From IMG/VR virus record IMGVR_UViG_3300045988_127105, positions 8,249 through 72,248 of that record: a stretch of 64,000 nt of DNA; one strand, given 5' to 3'. How positions within the stretch are numbered: position 1 is the first letter of the stretch; each line of letters starts with the position of its first letter. The stretch is from a virus. The translations under genes were made by a program, and so were the position numbers. Of this stretch, positions 1-10,433 are shown in pieces. Below the pieces are notes generated by a model. The model saw only the letters and a program-made list of their open reading frames with translations, did no database searches and had not been told where the DNA came from.

Positions 1-2
1 GC

Positions 3-176
3 ATCATGTGGGGCAAGCGAGGCGACTTCAAAGGATTTCTTAAGGCTGGTATGCCCGTTATCCTTATAATGATGGTGATACCAGGCATCAATGGTCTGCT
101 TCACCTTTACTGTTACTTGATTGGATACATTTTGTTTAAGTTGTTTTCATATACTAAGAAGGTTTTATTAGGTTAG
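3..176 (+). CDS. possible 3' end of a membrane-protein gene entering from the left edge (partial)
   Basis: Frame 3 is open from the window edge to TAG 174-176 and has a hydrophobic tail (MPVILIMMVIPGINGLLHLYCYLIGYILF). A + sense hairpin with T-run follows at 222-256. A minus-strand frame (GTG near 106, running off the edge) is also open, so the strand is unsettled. Confidence 0.3.
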   Translation: MMWGKRGDFKGFLKAGMPVILIMMVIPGINGLLHLYCYLIGYILFKLFSYTKKVLLG

Positions 177-221
177 TTAAGAAAGGGTTTAATACTTTTT
201 TCATTGAAAATTATAAGTAGA

Positions 222-256
222 AGAAGGCTGTCCGTGATGGATAGCCTTCTTTTTTT
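222..256 (+). terminator. intrinsic terminator-like hairpin
   Basis: Stem AGAAGGCT (222-229) pairs with AGCCTTCT (243-250). The loop is GTCCGTGATGGAT and a T7 run follows. It abuts the stop of the minus-strand 888-aa ORF. Confidence 0.6.
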
Positions 257-2921
257 ATCTCATCTTTTCCGTAAATAGTGGCTGAAAATCCACAACCGTT
301 CCGGCAAACGCATCCGTAGCAAGCATATTGCTTAGCTTATACCTTAGGGTGTAGTATTTCCATGGCTTGCCGTGCAACGAATGTAGCTCACACCAGTTCC
401 TACAATCGTTTGAGCCATATATACGTAGCGCTATCTTGCCGTTCGCCGTATCAAAGAGGTGCAATATCTGATGTATTGTCTTTAGCTGCAACGACGAACC
501 TAACTTCAGAGGACGTGTCGTAAATGTTCCGCTATATAGTGTTGTGTCGTCATTGATGTCTGGCTTCGATGTTAGTGATAGTACAGTCGCGTCATTGAGC
601 TGTATGATGTTGTCGGGATAGTTATTCACCACAGCAATCACCTTTCCTGGCAACGATGCCTTGGCGAAGGTTCCGTCATGTATCGAATATACATATTCAT
701 ATTGCTCCTTGGGGTTGATGATATGCAGTAGCGAGTCACGGTAGTCGTACGCTATTAACGAATCTCTAAGGTACCCAAGGAAGTCTCCATTGCCTACTTC
801 AAGAAATTGCGACGGGTTGCGTCCTCGTAATTTGTCCGACACACAAGTCACCTTTCCTCCCGACACAGCCATAAGACCCTTGGCCGAAGTAAAGAATACA
901 ACACTGCCCGTTGGCGTTATCGATGCAGCATTGTTGCACACCTCGCGCGATATGGGGTAACTCGCTGCATACAATCCTTCCGAACTTACCGACATGCCAT
1001 AAATGCCTTCCGTCGTGAAAACTAACAGAGGGTACTGGCCAAACTGTCCTTGTGATATTGGCTCTGTGTTGGCTACTATGCCGAGTATGTTGCCCGTGCC
1101 TACTGTGTTGTCTCCTGAGGCTTGGAAGACAAAGGGATTGTTCACTATTGAGGTGAATATCTGTGATGATAGAAACTCGTAGGCTGTTGGGTCTGGCGAA
1201 GGGCGGCTCACGTTCTCATTCGTAATCGTTGAATACAGAGGCAGTGTGCGGAATGCGTAGGCTCCATTAAGGCGCTCATGACGCTGTAGGGGTATACGGA
1301 AGCTTGCTGCACTTTTTGAGTCGTATACTATTACCTCGGTAGCATTCGTATCGGGATAGTAGAACCATGAGTTGGCTACCTCTTTTAGTGTTTCTACCAT
1401 GTCTGATACTACCCATGTATCCATTGTATCGCTGACGATATGCACAAAATACTGCAACCTGCAATCTCGCTGCACTATGTCCGAGTTGGCGATGAACGAC
1501 GAAAAGCCTTTGAATGGATAACGCTTTACCCCAAAGAGGTTTAGTCGTTTGTTGTACGTATACATACTCTCTGGTTTCATCGTTGTCCATCCGTAATAAT
1601 CGTCTACTGACAGTTGCTCCTGTTGTAACAGTGCGCTCACTACTCCTTGCTTTATTGGCGCATCCTTCCATACTGTATTGTATATCTTATCTATCTTTAC
1701 AGAGAATAGTTTAAAGAACTGTGTCTTTGCCAGCAACTCGTCTATTATCTCGTCCTCTGTCTTGAACTTTTTGGGCAATACAATATCTCTTGCCGGGAAT
1801 GTCTTGAGGTCGAAAACTATCTTCTTTCTTGCATTACCTCTGAATACAGCCTCGTCATATCTCATTCCTAAGAAATCTACTACCTCTGTATTGTTTGTTT
1901 GTTCCGGATTCATGATGCTCCAATTGTCGTCTACATTAAAAGGTAGCACCTCGTCCGAAGCGAACACTACTATATCCTTCACTATGTCGCTCCACTCGTC
2001 TATGTCTTCTCCACCTACCTGATATTGCAGTTTTACGTACGAAGGACAATAGAGTAGTTTTAACGCCGAGCCTGTATCCTCCACTACCTCATGATTTTTC
2101 CATCCTACGGGCACAATGTAGTTGTTGCGTGTTATCGTAGGAAACACAGCCACGGGTGCCGATATACGTGCATAGGTACCGTCGAAAAGGCGTAGCGCAA
2201 ATCGCACAAAAAAGGGGAATGCAAATGCGTTTTTCTCCTTGACAAGGTTTAGTATCAGGGATACATGGCCAGATATGGCTGTCTGCAAGTCGTCCACACG
2301 GTCGTCCTTTGGTCTGAATGTTTCGTATCTGGTGCCTGCTTCTAATGCGTTGCTACCAAGATGACTGAATGATCCGTCGTCGTTGTAGTAAGCACCAACA
2401 GTCGGATGGTCTACCAGGTAGTCTATGTCGCACAATTGGCTCTTCTTGGTTACAAGCGACTCGATGATAGGTGCTGAGGTTCGGAATTTTACCCTTGGCT
2501 TGGGCAACTCATTGCCAAGATATTTGTACGTTCCTCCTTTATATAATAGGTATGCAAAGCCTTTGTCTGTGGCCACAATAAGCGTATTGCCTACCGACGA
2601 TATATTGTTAAGGCTTTTACCTATTGGTATACTCGTCTGTTGTGTTTTGACTATTGACGATTTTTCGAAGTCTACTTCTACAAACGTGATATTGCCCAAC
2701 ACCTTATCGTATAGAATGGCATTGCAGTAGTCGGGTCCTTTGTGTATGTAGACCACTTGTTGGTTGATAACGGTACCTGAAAGAGGGGAAGGTAATTGTA
2801 TAGGGTGCATTTCGCCTGACTTATACACCATTCCTACCAACTCTACAAGTTCCGTATCATCTGTCAACATTCCCGATAGCGATGTTGTTATTCCTTTTGA
2901 GTATGATAGTGATTTCTGCAT
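255..2921 (-). CDS. large virion-module protein (888 aa), function unassigned
   Basis: ATG-initiated 888-aa ORF, 12 nt downstream of terL on the same strand. No family recognised by eye. Size and position fit a tail or nozzle-type structural protein. Confidence 0.8.
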   Translation of the reverse strand: MQKSLSYSKGITTSLSGMLTDDTELVELVGMVYKSGEMHPIQLPSPLSGTVINQQVVYIHKGPDYCNAILYDKVLGNITFVEVDFEKSSIVKTQQTSIPIGKSLNNISSVGNTLIVATDKGFAYLLYKGGTYKYLGNELPKPRVKFRTSAPIIESLVTKKSQLCDIDYLVDHPTVGAYYNDDGSFSHLGSNALEAGTRYETFRPKDDRVDDLQTAISGHVSLILNLVKEKNAFAFPFFVRFALRLFDGTYARISAPVAVFPTITRNNYIVPVGWKNHEVVEDTGSALKLLYCPSYVKLQYQVGGEDIDEWSDIVKDIVVFASDEVLPFNVDDNWSIMNPEQTNNTEVVDFLGMRYDEAVFRGNARKKIVFDLKTFPARDIVLPKKFKTEDEIIDELLAKTQFFKLFSVKIDKIYNTVWKDAPIKQGVVSALLQQEQLSVDDYYGWTTMKPESMYTYNKRLNLFGVKRYPFKGFSSFIANSDIVQRDCRLQYFVHIVSDTMDTWVVSDMVETLKEVANSWFYYPDTNATEVIVYDSKSAASFRIPLQRHERLNGAYAFRTLPLYSTITNENVSRPSPDPTAYEFLSSQIFTSIVNNPFVFQASGDNTVGTGNILGIVANTEPISQGQFGQYPLLVFTTEGIYGMSVSSEGLYAASYPISREVCNNAASITPTGSVVFFTSAKGLMAVSGGKVTCVSDKLRGRNPSQFLEVGNGDFLGYLRDSLIAYDYRDSLLHIINPKEQYEYVYSIHDGTFAKASLPGKVIAVVNNYPDNIIQLNDATVLSLTSKPDINDDTTLYSGTFTTRPLKLGSSLQLKTIHQILHLFDTANGKIALRIYGSNDCRNWCELHSLHGKPWKYYTLRYKLSNMLATDAFAGTVVDFQPLFTEKMR

Positions 2922-2933
2922 ATCTGTTTTCTT

Positions 2934-5072
2934 TTATATTGATGCCTCTGTCTTCACTCCGTCCGAATGTCCTCTTAGGCCTTCGTCTGTTCTCCACTTA
3001 GGCATTTCCATTTCATGTGTCGATACATATAGGGCTATGGCTGTTGACATCAGTACGTCGTCATGATTGCCCGAACCATCGATGTTTCCAAGCGAACCGT
3101 CTTCTTTTCTCTCGTAGATACGTAGCTCATGATACATTTCTGTGTCTGGCTCATGCCAGAGTCCATCATCCACAAAAGCCTCAAGGTTATCTATCAGCCA
3201 GCCTTTCGTTATTTTATTGGTCTGGAATCCATACTTGGCAAGTACATTGCCCGTCGTGTCCTCAGGCGACGAGCGCCTCTGGTACAGGTTGGGATAGTAG
3301 TCCGCTATCTCATTGATTATAGAGCCAAAGTGGTCGCCCTCGGTGTTGTTGTTCTTCTCGCGGTCGGCCGTGTTGCTCTCTATCACAAGCAGCGCATCGT
3401 CGTAATAGTGAGCAAGAGCTGCTGCCTTCCACGCAAGTACGTCATGTCTGCAATGCCCTCTGTATCGGGCTACCACACGTGGCTTATCCTTCATTGATGG
3501 CATCATGCCCATTCTGTCAAGCACGGTCATTACGGTATAGTCCGAAGTGGACGACTTGCCTCCAATATCCACGCTCACCACATATCTGTCTGCTACATGC
3601 AATATCTTGTTGTTTGGCAAGCTCCATATCTTCAACTCGCCTTCTCTGTCTTCCCTTATCGTTATCTTTGCATTCTTTATAGCCTCCGTCGATTTCTCAC
3701 CAGTGGTTACAATGTCTGCCATGTACTTAGGCTTCTTTACCTCGCCCTGCCTTAGGTCGTCTATTGAGTATGGGTTAAATACGAGTTTGCCCGAGTTTCT
3801 AAATGCCTCTTCCTCGTCGATAGGGGCCTCAGTCGCACAGAATGCGTGTGTCTTAAATTTGTTTCGGTAGTTTCTATACCAGTTGATTGCCTGGAAACAA
3901 GCTCCCTTTTCCCACATTCGCCAAAAGAATTTGCCTGTCTCTCTATATCCCTTGGGACAGGTTGAGCGGCCTTTGTTCTTTAGCAGCCACATAGCAAACT
4001 CCCTCTCGTCCTCCACTGGCTCCATGTCGTTCTCAATGATGAAGCAGGGTATGAAGATGAATGCGTATGCGTCATTGTTCGATGGGTCCATTGCCAGTTG
4101 GCAACGGTCATAGAAGAAGCCCGAAGTTCCTCGTCCTGTTGACTCAAACACCTCTACGTTGTCTTCTTTGTTATGTATACCGCCTGAGATAGACGAGATT
4201 ACACCCTCTGGGTCATGCTCTGGTGTCTTCTTCCAATATGCCACCTCCGAATAGTGAGCACAGTGGAAGTTGTTACCACGCACGGCATCAAAGTTATCGA
4301 ACGAGGCTACCGTCAGCGTCGAACGCCTCAACGCCTTGTTGCCATCAGTCACAATAAAGTCGTCGGGTGAGTTCTCGTATGGCGATAGCCTCAACTGTGT
4401 TCCTGGGTGTCCTATCGTCCATCCTTTCTGTCTTTCCACCGCCTTTCGGTACATCGCCTTAATCTTCTTCGACGTTCCTTTCACCTGCGACAGAACAATA
4501 GCGTTCCAACCGTCATGCCGAAAGTCTTGAATCCACTTAATATACAGCTGCGTCAATGTCGAGCCACCCCATTGTCGTGCCTTCAGAATTACAACACGTA
4601 TTGCCTTTTTCTTGTGTCTCAGCTCCTCAAACAGATTGATAAGTCTTCGCTGCGGATAGTTAAGCCTGAACGGTATCATTTCACCTGATACCTTGTCCTC
4701 AATCTTATCCGTCACGAGCAATGCAAACTCTGGGTCTTCTCTGAATCTCACCTTGAATATCTCAAAGGTCAGCAGCTTTCTTAGCTTCTGTGTGTCTTCC
4801 GAATCTTCGTCATACTCCTTGTGAAGCACTTGTATTAATACTTCTTTCATCGAGCCGAAATGCTGTAGGTTTTTATACAGCAGGGTTCTCATGCACTCCT
4901 TCGGTACATACATCTTCGGAATGATGAAGTCTGGAATCTCAAGACATACTCTGTTCTTAAAATCATAACAACCCACACCTGTCCACGGGTCATACTCACC
5001 GAAAATTTCATCATATCGTTTCTTATTTTCGGCAAGCAATTTATCTATGTCAAGGTCGGTTATTGTCGTCAT
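2934..5072 (-). CDS. terL: terminase large subunit
   Basis: 712 aa. TerL-type P-loop variant ILKARQWGGSTL, downstream acidic Walker-B-like segment (HYSEVAYW), and a C-terminal nuclease-like VSVDIGGKSSTSDYTVMTVLDR. Confidence 0.85.
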   Translation of the reverse strand: MTTITDLDIDKLLAENKKRYDEIFGEYDPWTGVGCYDFKNRVCLEIPDFIIPKMYVPKECMRTLLYKNLQHFGSMKEVLIQVLHKEYDEDSEDTQKLRKLLTFEIFKVRFREDPEFALLVTDKIEDKVSGEMIPFRLNYPQRRLINLFEELRHKKKAIRVVILKARQWGGSTLTQLYIKWIQDFRHDGWNAIVLSQVKGTSKKIKAMYRKAVERQKGWTIGHPGTQLRLSPYENSPDDFIVTDGNKALRRSTLTVASFDNFDAVRGNNFHCAHYSEVAYWKKTPEHDPEGVISSISGGIHNKEDNVEVFESTGRGTSGFFYDRCQLAMDPSNNDAYAFIFIPCFIIENDMEPVEDEREFAMWLLKNKGRSTCPKGYRETGKFFWRMWEKGACFQAINWYRNYRNKFKTHAFCATEAPIDEEEAFRNSGKLVFNPYSIDDLRQGEVKKPKYMADIVTTGEKSTEAIKNAKITIREDREGELKIWSLPNNKILHVADRYVVSVDIGGKSSTSDYTVMTVLDRMGMMPSMKDKPRVVARYRGHCRHDVLAWKAAALAHYYDDALLVIESNTADREKNNNTEGDHFGSIINEIADYYPNLYQRRSSPEDTTGNVLAKYGFQTNKITKGWLIDNLEAFVDDGLWHEPDTEMYHELRIYERKEDGSLGNIDGSGNHDDVLMSTAIALYVSTHEMEMPKWRTDEGLRGHSDGVKTEASI

Positions 5073-5075
5073 GTC

Positions 5076-5447
5076 TTATAATCCTTCGTATTCTTTCAGT
5101 TCCTCATAGTCCGCATCCTCTATCTTCGGCACAGGCTCTGCCCCTATAGCCAACGGATCATCTGTCTTTGTGGTCGATAACGCCACCAATTCCTGGAAGT
5201 CCTTGTTTATACCCACCGACACATCCACCTGCGACTGCTTCGGCACCACATGTTTCTGCATGTCATGATACAGCAGCAACCAAGCTTTCGGGTCATGATC
5301 CGCAAGCTCCTCAAACAGCTCCTCAAACTTTTCCTGATTCTTCGATAGCAAATCACGGATAAATTCCTTCTGTGCCTTCTTTCCTTTCGGCAACAGCTTC
5401 TTCCTGTTCTCCGACAAAAGAGGTATGTCGTCCAATGTCTTCACCAT
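5076..5447 (-). CDS. small acidic protein upstream of terL (possible terminase small subunit)
   Basis: 123-aa ORF ending 3 nt before the terL start. The call rests on position only. Confidence 0.55.
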   Translation of the reverse strand: MVKTLDDIPLLSENRKKLLPKGKKAQKEFIRDLLSKNQEKFEELFEELADHDPKAWLLLYHDMQKHVVPKQSQVDVSVGINKDFQELVALSTTKTDDPLAIGAEPVPKIEDADYEELKEYEGL

Positions 5448-5483
5448 ATATTTTCCTTTCCTTCGGTGTTACAACACCTCACA

Positions 5484-6089
5484 TCAAAACGGATTCAAGT
5501 GTTTCCTAATCGTTCCCGGCAACACCCTACTGCTCAGTTCTTTTATCACCTTCTCTCCGTCCTCCAAGTTTTTCCCCCTGTCTATCGTTCTCTGGTCTCT
5601 CGATGTTAACGTGTTGGAGAGATATTCAAACAACGCCCCATCTACCAAATACTTATGAATGGCTTGCACCAACGCATCATACACCGTCGCATCCCAATAA
5701 TCCGGCATCACCAGTATTATCTCTTTCTCCTGCCATTCTTTCAGTTCGTTCATTCTCGCTACTCCTTCTGGTTTAGCCACATAAGCCGACAGTATTCTTT
5801 CCACCGACGCTATATATTGGTCAAACCATCTGTAGAACATTGGTCTGTGCGTGTCCGCTTCCGATGTTGTCACCTCAGTCTCTTCCTGTGTCTTCCTCGT
5901 AGCCTTGTCTATCAATGATGTCACAGAGTCCACATCAAACAACAGTTGGTCTGCCTGTATGTAGATATGCTTTATGCTATGCCCGTATGCTCTCCTTGGT
6001 GGTTGTGGCTCAAGGGGGTTTGCTACTGGTATCCACCCTCTCTGTCTTGAAGCTACAAACGGATGCAATTCCGAAAAATCCTTTTTCAT
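5484..6089 (-). CDS. hypothetical virion-module protein
   Basis: 201-aa ATG ORF, tightly packed in the minus-strand structural operon. Ends with TGA. Confidence 0.7.
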   Translation of the reverse strand: MKKDFSELHPFVASRQRGWIPVANPLEPQPPRRAYGHSIKHIYIQADQLLFDVDSVTSLIDKATRKTQEETEVTTSEADTHRPMFYRWFDQYIASVERILSAYVAKPEGVARMNELKEWQEKEIILVMPDYWDATVYDALVQAIHKYLVDGALFEYLSNTLTSRDQRTIDRGKNLEDGEKVIKELSSRVLPGTIRKHLNPF

Positions 6090-6102
6090 GTCCTTTTTGT
6101 TT

Positions 6103-6891
6103 TTAGTAGTACTCCCTCGACACTATCACCGTAAACTCCACATACACATTGTCTGTATGTCGTGAGAATAGTCTTATCCTCGCTACTCCCGTGTTACGTG
6201 GCACAAGCTCAAATGTCATTGGTGCTCTGTAGCGCAGTATCTCCACTATGCTTGGGTCTTCCGAGCGTGCTTCAATGTCGTCTACTGCTCCTTCGTCAAT
6301 ACTGTACGACACCGTGGCATTCTCGTCCACGCGTATTATTATCTCGCCCTCCGCGTCTGTTCCGTCTACCTTTGCCGTTAGTGTTGTGGGATATTTTATT
6401 GTTGGTACTGCTGGAGCCGACAATACAAAGCAGCGTCTTATCGCAATCTCGTCCGCTGCTACTGCCGACTGATACGGTGCTGCCTGGTTTAGGTTGCCCA
6501 GTTTTACCCACCATTCGTAGCACATTGTGTCCTCTACAAACTTAGATACAAGTCTTGCCAACGTGTCTGTCAACGATCCGTTGTATCTTCGCGACACGTT
6601 TAGCGTAAACTCCACTATGTCGTTTGTCTTGTCGTTGTAGTATATGGCATTGTCGCCTATCGTCTGGGCTGTGGGCACATAGTAGTCTACAAAGATTATC
6701 TTTGCTTTTTCGAGTGCTGTTGTCAGGTCATGGTCCAATGTGCGCTCATGCACCTCTTCGTCTCCTGCTATCTCGAAGTATGGCGTTTTCTGCCCTGGCT
6801 GTGCTGCCTCGTCTATCTTGCCTTTAAGATAGGTCGCTGCCTTTACAGCCTCGATTATCACGGATTTTATTATCTGAAATTTTATTATCAT
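6103..6891 (-). CDS. hypothetical virion-module protein
   Basis: 262-aa ATG ORF. The C-terminal ~90 aa are beta-rich (TLTAKVDGTDAEGEIIIRVDENATVSYS...), which suggests an Ig-like domain but is not verified. Confidence 0.7.
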   Translation of the reverse strand: MIIKFQIIKSVIIEAVKAATYLKGKIDEAAQPGQKTPYFEIAGDEEVHERTLDHDLTTALEKAKIIFVDYYVPTAQTIGDNAIYYNDKTNDIVEFTLNVSRRYNGSLTDTLARLVSKFVEDTMCYEWWVKLGNLNQAAPYQSAVAADEIAIRRCFVLSAPAVPTIKYPTTLTAKVDGTDAEGEIIIRVDENATVSYSIDEGAVDDIEARSEDPSIVEILRYRAPMTFELVPRNTGVARIRLFSRHTDNVYVEFTVIVSREYY

Positions 6892-6916
6892 GGTGACTTA
6901 CTGTTTTTGTTTATAC

Positions 6917-7414
6917 CTATAGTTCAACCGAGCCCACACAGTCCGCGAGCGTCTTGTCCGCACTGCCTGGCGGTGTCTTCGTAAATATCAGTCGTGTGGC
7001 TGCAAGTAGCTGTGCCTGCACGTCCGTAGCATATTTTCCAGCAAGGTCTGGCAGTACCATCGCCAATACCGATTGCGTTACATAAGCAATGAGTAGCGAC
7101 TTTACACTGTCTTGTGCTGCTCCTGATAGTGCATCGTTGCTTCGTGTAGTGTTCACAACGAACGCTATATATTCTGCTTTCTGTCCTCCTGCCTTCTTCC
7201 CAACTTCATACCCCGACAACACTGGCGATAGATTTGATGTCACAAGCTGCGCTCCGTCTATTATGCATTGTCGCATTACCGTGTCTTCCACACTTGATAG
7301 TGTTGACACCGAGAACAGCGTGTCGCCCTTCTGTGTGCTATGGTGTTTTCCTATGATGGACAGTTGCCGTTTTACGGCTTCTTTCACATCTTCAATATAT
7401 ATGGCTATATCCAT
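6917..7414 (-). CDS. hypothetical virion-module protein
   Basis: 165-aa ATG ORF between the portal and downstream structural genes. Confidence 0.7.
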   Translation of the reverse strand: MDIAIYIEDVKEAVKRQLSIIGKHHSTQKGDTLFSVSTLSSVEDTVMRQCIIDGAQLVTSNLSPVLSGYEVGKKAGGQKAEYIAFVVNTTRSNDALSGAAQDSVKSLLIAYVTQSVLAMVLPDLAGKYATDVQAQLLAATRLIFTKTPPGSADKTLADCVGSVEL

Positions 7415-7430
7415 ATTTTACATTTTTATA

Positions 7431-9422
7431 TTATTGCATCAAGTATCCTTGCGCTTGTTCTACTGCCTGTTGGTTTGCCTCGGGCACTACTCCGTTCTGT
7501 GGCGCTTGCTGCCCCATTGCCTCTTGCTGCGCCCTTAGCTCTTCCATATTACTCTGCACGTCCTGCAGCAGCTTGTCTGCAAACGGCTCATTCAGGTTCT
7601 GTAGATACTGTATGATGTTGATGGCTCCCTTGTCAAACAACATGTCAAGCTTGTCGTTTACGTTGTTCTGATAGGTGGCTGTAGCAGCAGCGTTCTTGAT
7701 AGAAATCTTGAACATTATGTCTCTTGCGCCCAGTCTGTCATACTCTATCGGGTATGTGCTATCGCTATTGAAGATGGGTCGGCCGTCCTCATAGTATTGT
7801 TTTATCGTCATGCACTTCTTCTGTGCAATATTTTCAGTAAACGATTCCATGTCTTTCAGTATCGAGTAGAGCGAGGTTGAGGCATTCTGCGACTCTTGCG
7901 CATATCTCGAGGCCGATGTTCCAGCCGTTGGCGTCTTGCCTTGCAATGCGCCCGACACATTCGACACTTCGCGCATCAGGTTCAGCTCCATCTGCAACAG
8001 CTCGTTTGTTCCAAGATTCACGGCGTTCGACGTGATAATGTCTGGCCTTGAGTTTGGCAGCGTTGCCTTTGGCGTGTAGAATATCATTCCGTCATACTCC
8101 GTCGCTTGCTCGGCAAACTCGTCTGGTGTCATTCCGTCCAATACCTGTGTAGGGATAAGCCATACACCCTTGGCCGACGAGCGTATTGCCATGTCGTTCA
8201 TTATTATCAAACGGTTTATGTATCTCTGCTGGTCTATCACGTTTGCCATGAACGGATGTATTTCTCCGTTGATGTACGGATAGAGCTTTATCGTGAATGG
8301 ATGCGACTTAAAGTCGTATGGCGTCTCTCCGCTGCATAGCACGGTTCCGTCTGGTGCCATAAACGTGTAGTACCAATACTTGTCTGCCACTTTCTTTGCC
8401 GTGATATAGGCTCTGTCTTCTGGCGGTACTCCCATCAGGTCATACTGCTCCTTTCTCTTCACGTTCTTCGCGTTTAGCTCCGCTATCAACACTTTGTCGT
8501 CACATTCTATGCGGAAGTAGGCATCACTTTCGTTTTTCGCTATCGGGTCGTAGCATTGGTATCTGTATTTCGTTTCCGTCGTCCACGCTTCTATTACTCT
8601 CACATATCGTCCGCGCTTCGACGGTATATCAAATGATATGTTCGACAGGTCGTTTGTGTCGTTGTGCATAGTTCCTTCCGTCTGACTGTCGTCTGGGTCT
8701 ATGTCGAATATCCTGTTCAGGTCGTCTATACTAAGTCCATACTCGTCTTTCGCAAATTTCTTGTACAGGTCGTTTATAGATTCGTCATGCAGCACGCCTA
8801 TCAGCGACAGGTCAAGGTGTCTTGGGTCCGAACCTCCCTCCCAAAACACATAGTTTGGCTCTATGTAGTCTGTCCACGAGTCTTCTATCTCCTGTGTTCT
8901 GTCTTCGTATGTCTCTCTACACACCATTACTCCTCCTACAAGGTAGTCTTCAAGCGCGTGTTTCAACAATATCTCCATCTGTGTGTTTTGCCAGTTGCAT
9001 TGCATAGTTGCCGACATCATATCCGACAGGCTTTGCGACGATCGTGTTCTTGCAAAGCACACTGGCTCTGTACCTTGCTTTGCGTACATTCCCACAAGTG
9101 TGTTCAATATCGACACCATCACATTGTTCGACAACGGCACAGAGCCTTTCCTTTTCAGGTATTCTCTTTCCGTCATGTCATAGTAGTATCCGTTCTTGTA
9201 CACTCTCACTGTGTCGCCCCATTGGTCGCCGTAGCAGTATCTCTTGGCTCTGTCTCTAACCATACGCACAGCCTCCAGGTTGTTCCATGCCTGCCAACAT
9301 CGCTGCAGCAGCTCATAGTCCGTCTTCTTGCCCGACTGCCTTTCCTTACGTCTCCGTACGGTGTCAAACGTCTTGCCCGAAGTCGGCATTACACGTGATA
9401 AGGTGGGTATATTTTTCTGCAT
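7431..9422 (-). CDS. portal protein (candidate)
   Basis: 663 aa, first gene of the minus structural operon. N-terminal RAKRYCYGDQWGD resembles the Y-x-G-x-QW motif of podovirus-type portals. Size and context fit. Confidence 0.7.
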   Translation of the reverse strand: MQKNIPTLSRVMPTSGKTFDTVRRRKERQSGKKTDYELLQRCWQAWNNLEAVRMVRDRAKRYCYGDQWGDTVRVYKNGYYYDMTEREYLKRKGSVPLSNNVMVSILNTLVGMYAKQGTEPVCFARTRSSQSLSDMMSATMQCNWQNTQMEILLKHALEDYLVGGVMVCRETYEDRTQEIEDSWTDYIEPNYVFWEGGSDPRHLDLSLIGVLHDESINDLYKKFAKDEYGLSIDDLNRIFDIDPDDSQTEGTMHNDTNDLSNISFDIPSKRGRYVRVIEAWTTETKYRYQCYDPIAKNESDAYFRIECDDKVLIAELNAKNVKRKEQYDLMGVPPEDRAYITAKKVADKYWYYTFMAPDGTVLCSGETPYDFKSHPFTIKLYPYINGEIHPFMANVIDQQRYINRLIIMNDMAIRSSAKGVWLIPTQVLDGMTPDEFAEQATEYDGMIFYTPKATLPNSRPDIITSNAVNLGTNELLQMELNLMREVSNVSGALQGKTPTAGTSASRYAQESQNASTSLYSILKDMESFTENIAQKKCMTIKQYYEDGRPIFNSDSTYPIEYDRLGARDIMFKISIKNAAATATYQNNVNDKLDMLFDKGAINIIQYLQNLNEPFADKLLQDVQSNMEELRAQQEAMGQQAPQNGVVPEANQQAVEQAQGYLMQ

Positions 9423-9452
9423 ATTTCTATCTTATGTCATTGTCTATCAGCG

Positions 9453-9460
9453 CAAAAATA
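9453..9460 (-). promoter_or_regulatory. candidate Bacteroidota -7 box (TATTTTTG on the minus strand)
   Basis: The + strand reads CAAAAATA, which is TAnnTTTG on the minus strand. It lies 31 nt upstream of the portal ATG. No clean -33 TTTG at canonical spacing. Confidence 0.4.
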
Positions 9461-9624
9461 CTCTAAATGACAGCATGAAATGCCGTGTTTCGTCTGTTCA
9501 AAAGTTGCAAGTACGAAACACGGAAAAACGGACGCAAAAAATCGGGATATTCGCAAGCGTAAACTAAAATATGTAGATACCCGGAAAAGGTAAAGGATAA
9601 TACACCTTATTATATATAAAAAAT

Positions 9625-10386
9625 ATGGCAGAAGAAAATAATGAAATCAAGACCGAAGCTCAGTCGCAAGCAGCGGCTACAGCTCCACCCGTGGACGACC
9701 GACCCAACCGCAAGGCTTTCTCCGAGCGTTTCGCCAAACGCCACAAGGACATCGACTTTGAGGATAAGGAGGCTCGCTACGCTGCTATGAACGACGATGC
9801 CGACGCTCTCTCTCGCTACGAGGAGGACGGAAAGGCTCTCAGCGAAATGTTCGACAACAACCGTTGGGTTGCAGCTATGGCTATGGACCTTACAAAGAAT
9901 CCCAACCTTAACCCTATCACATGGATAGCTTCTCATGGCATCGACATCGGCGCTGCTATGCAGGACGAGAAGATAGGCAAGGAGGTGGCTCAGCAGATTG
10001 CTGACTTCCAACAGAAGAAGGCTGACGAGGAAAACCACGAGAAGGAACTCGTCTCCAATCTACAGAAGTCGGCCGATGCTATGGACGAACTTGGTCTTGA
10101 CGACGACGCTAAAGCCGACCTTTGGGAGAGTTTCTTCAAGGTTATCGGCGACGCCGAGGATGGTATAGTCTCCACCGAGACGTGGCAGCTCTTCAAAAAC
10201 GCGCAAAACTACGACGCTGATGTGGCTTCGGCTCGCGAGGAGGGTGCTATGCAAGGCCGTAACGAAAAGATTCAGAACAGGGTCAAGCGTTCCGAAAAGA
10301 CCGAAATTCCGCCTTCTCTCAGTACTAACGGTGGCGTGTCGCCCACCAAAAAGAAGTCCAGTGGCTTCTGGGATGGTCTGGTTTAA
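9625..10386 (+). CDS. scaffolding-like protein (acidic, helical)
   Basis: 253 aa, rich in D/E/K/A. Lies immediately upstream of the capsid candidate and diverges from the portal operon. Confidence 0.55.
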   Translation: MAEENNEIKTEAQSQAAATAPPVDDRPNRKAFSERFAKRHKDIDFEDKEARYAAMNDDADALSRYEEDGKALSEMFDNNRWVAAMAMDLTKNPNLNPITWIASHGIDIGAAMQDEKIGKEVAQQIADFQQKKADEENHEKELVSNLQKSADAMDELGLDDDAKADLWESFFKVIGDAEDGIVSTETWQLFKNAQNYDADVASAREEGAMQGRNEKIQNRVKRSEKTEIPPSLSTNGGVSPTKKKSSGFWDGLV

Positions 10387-10433
10387 AATTAAAACACATT
10401 TTATTATTTATTAATTTCTAAAATATCAATTAA

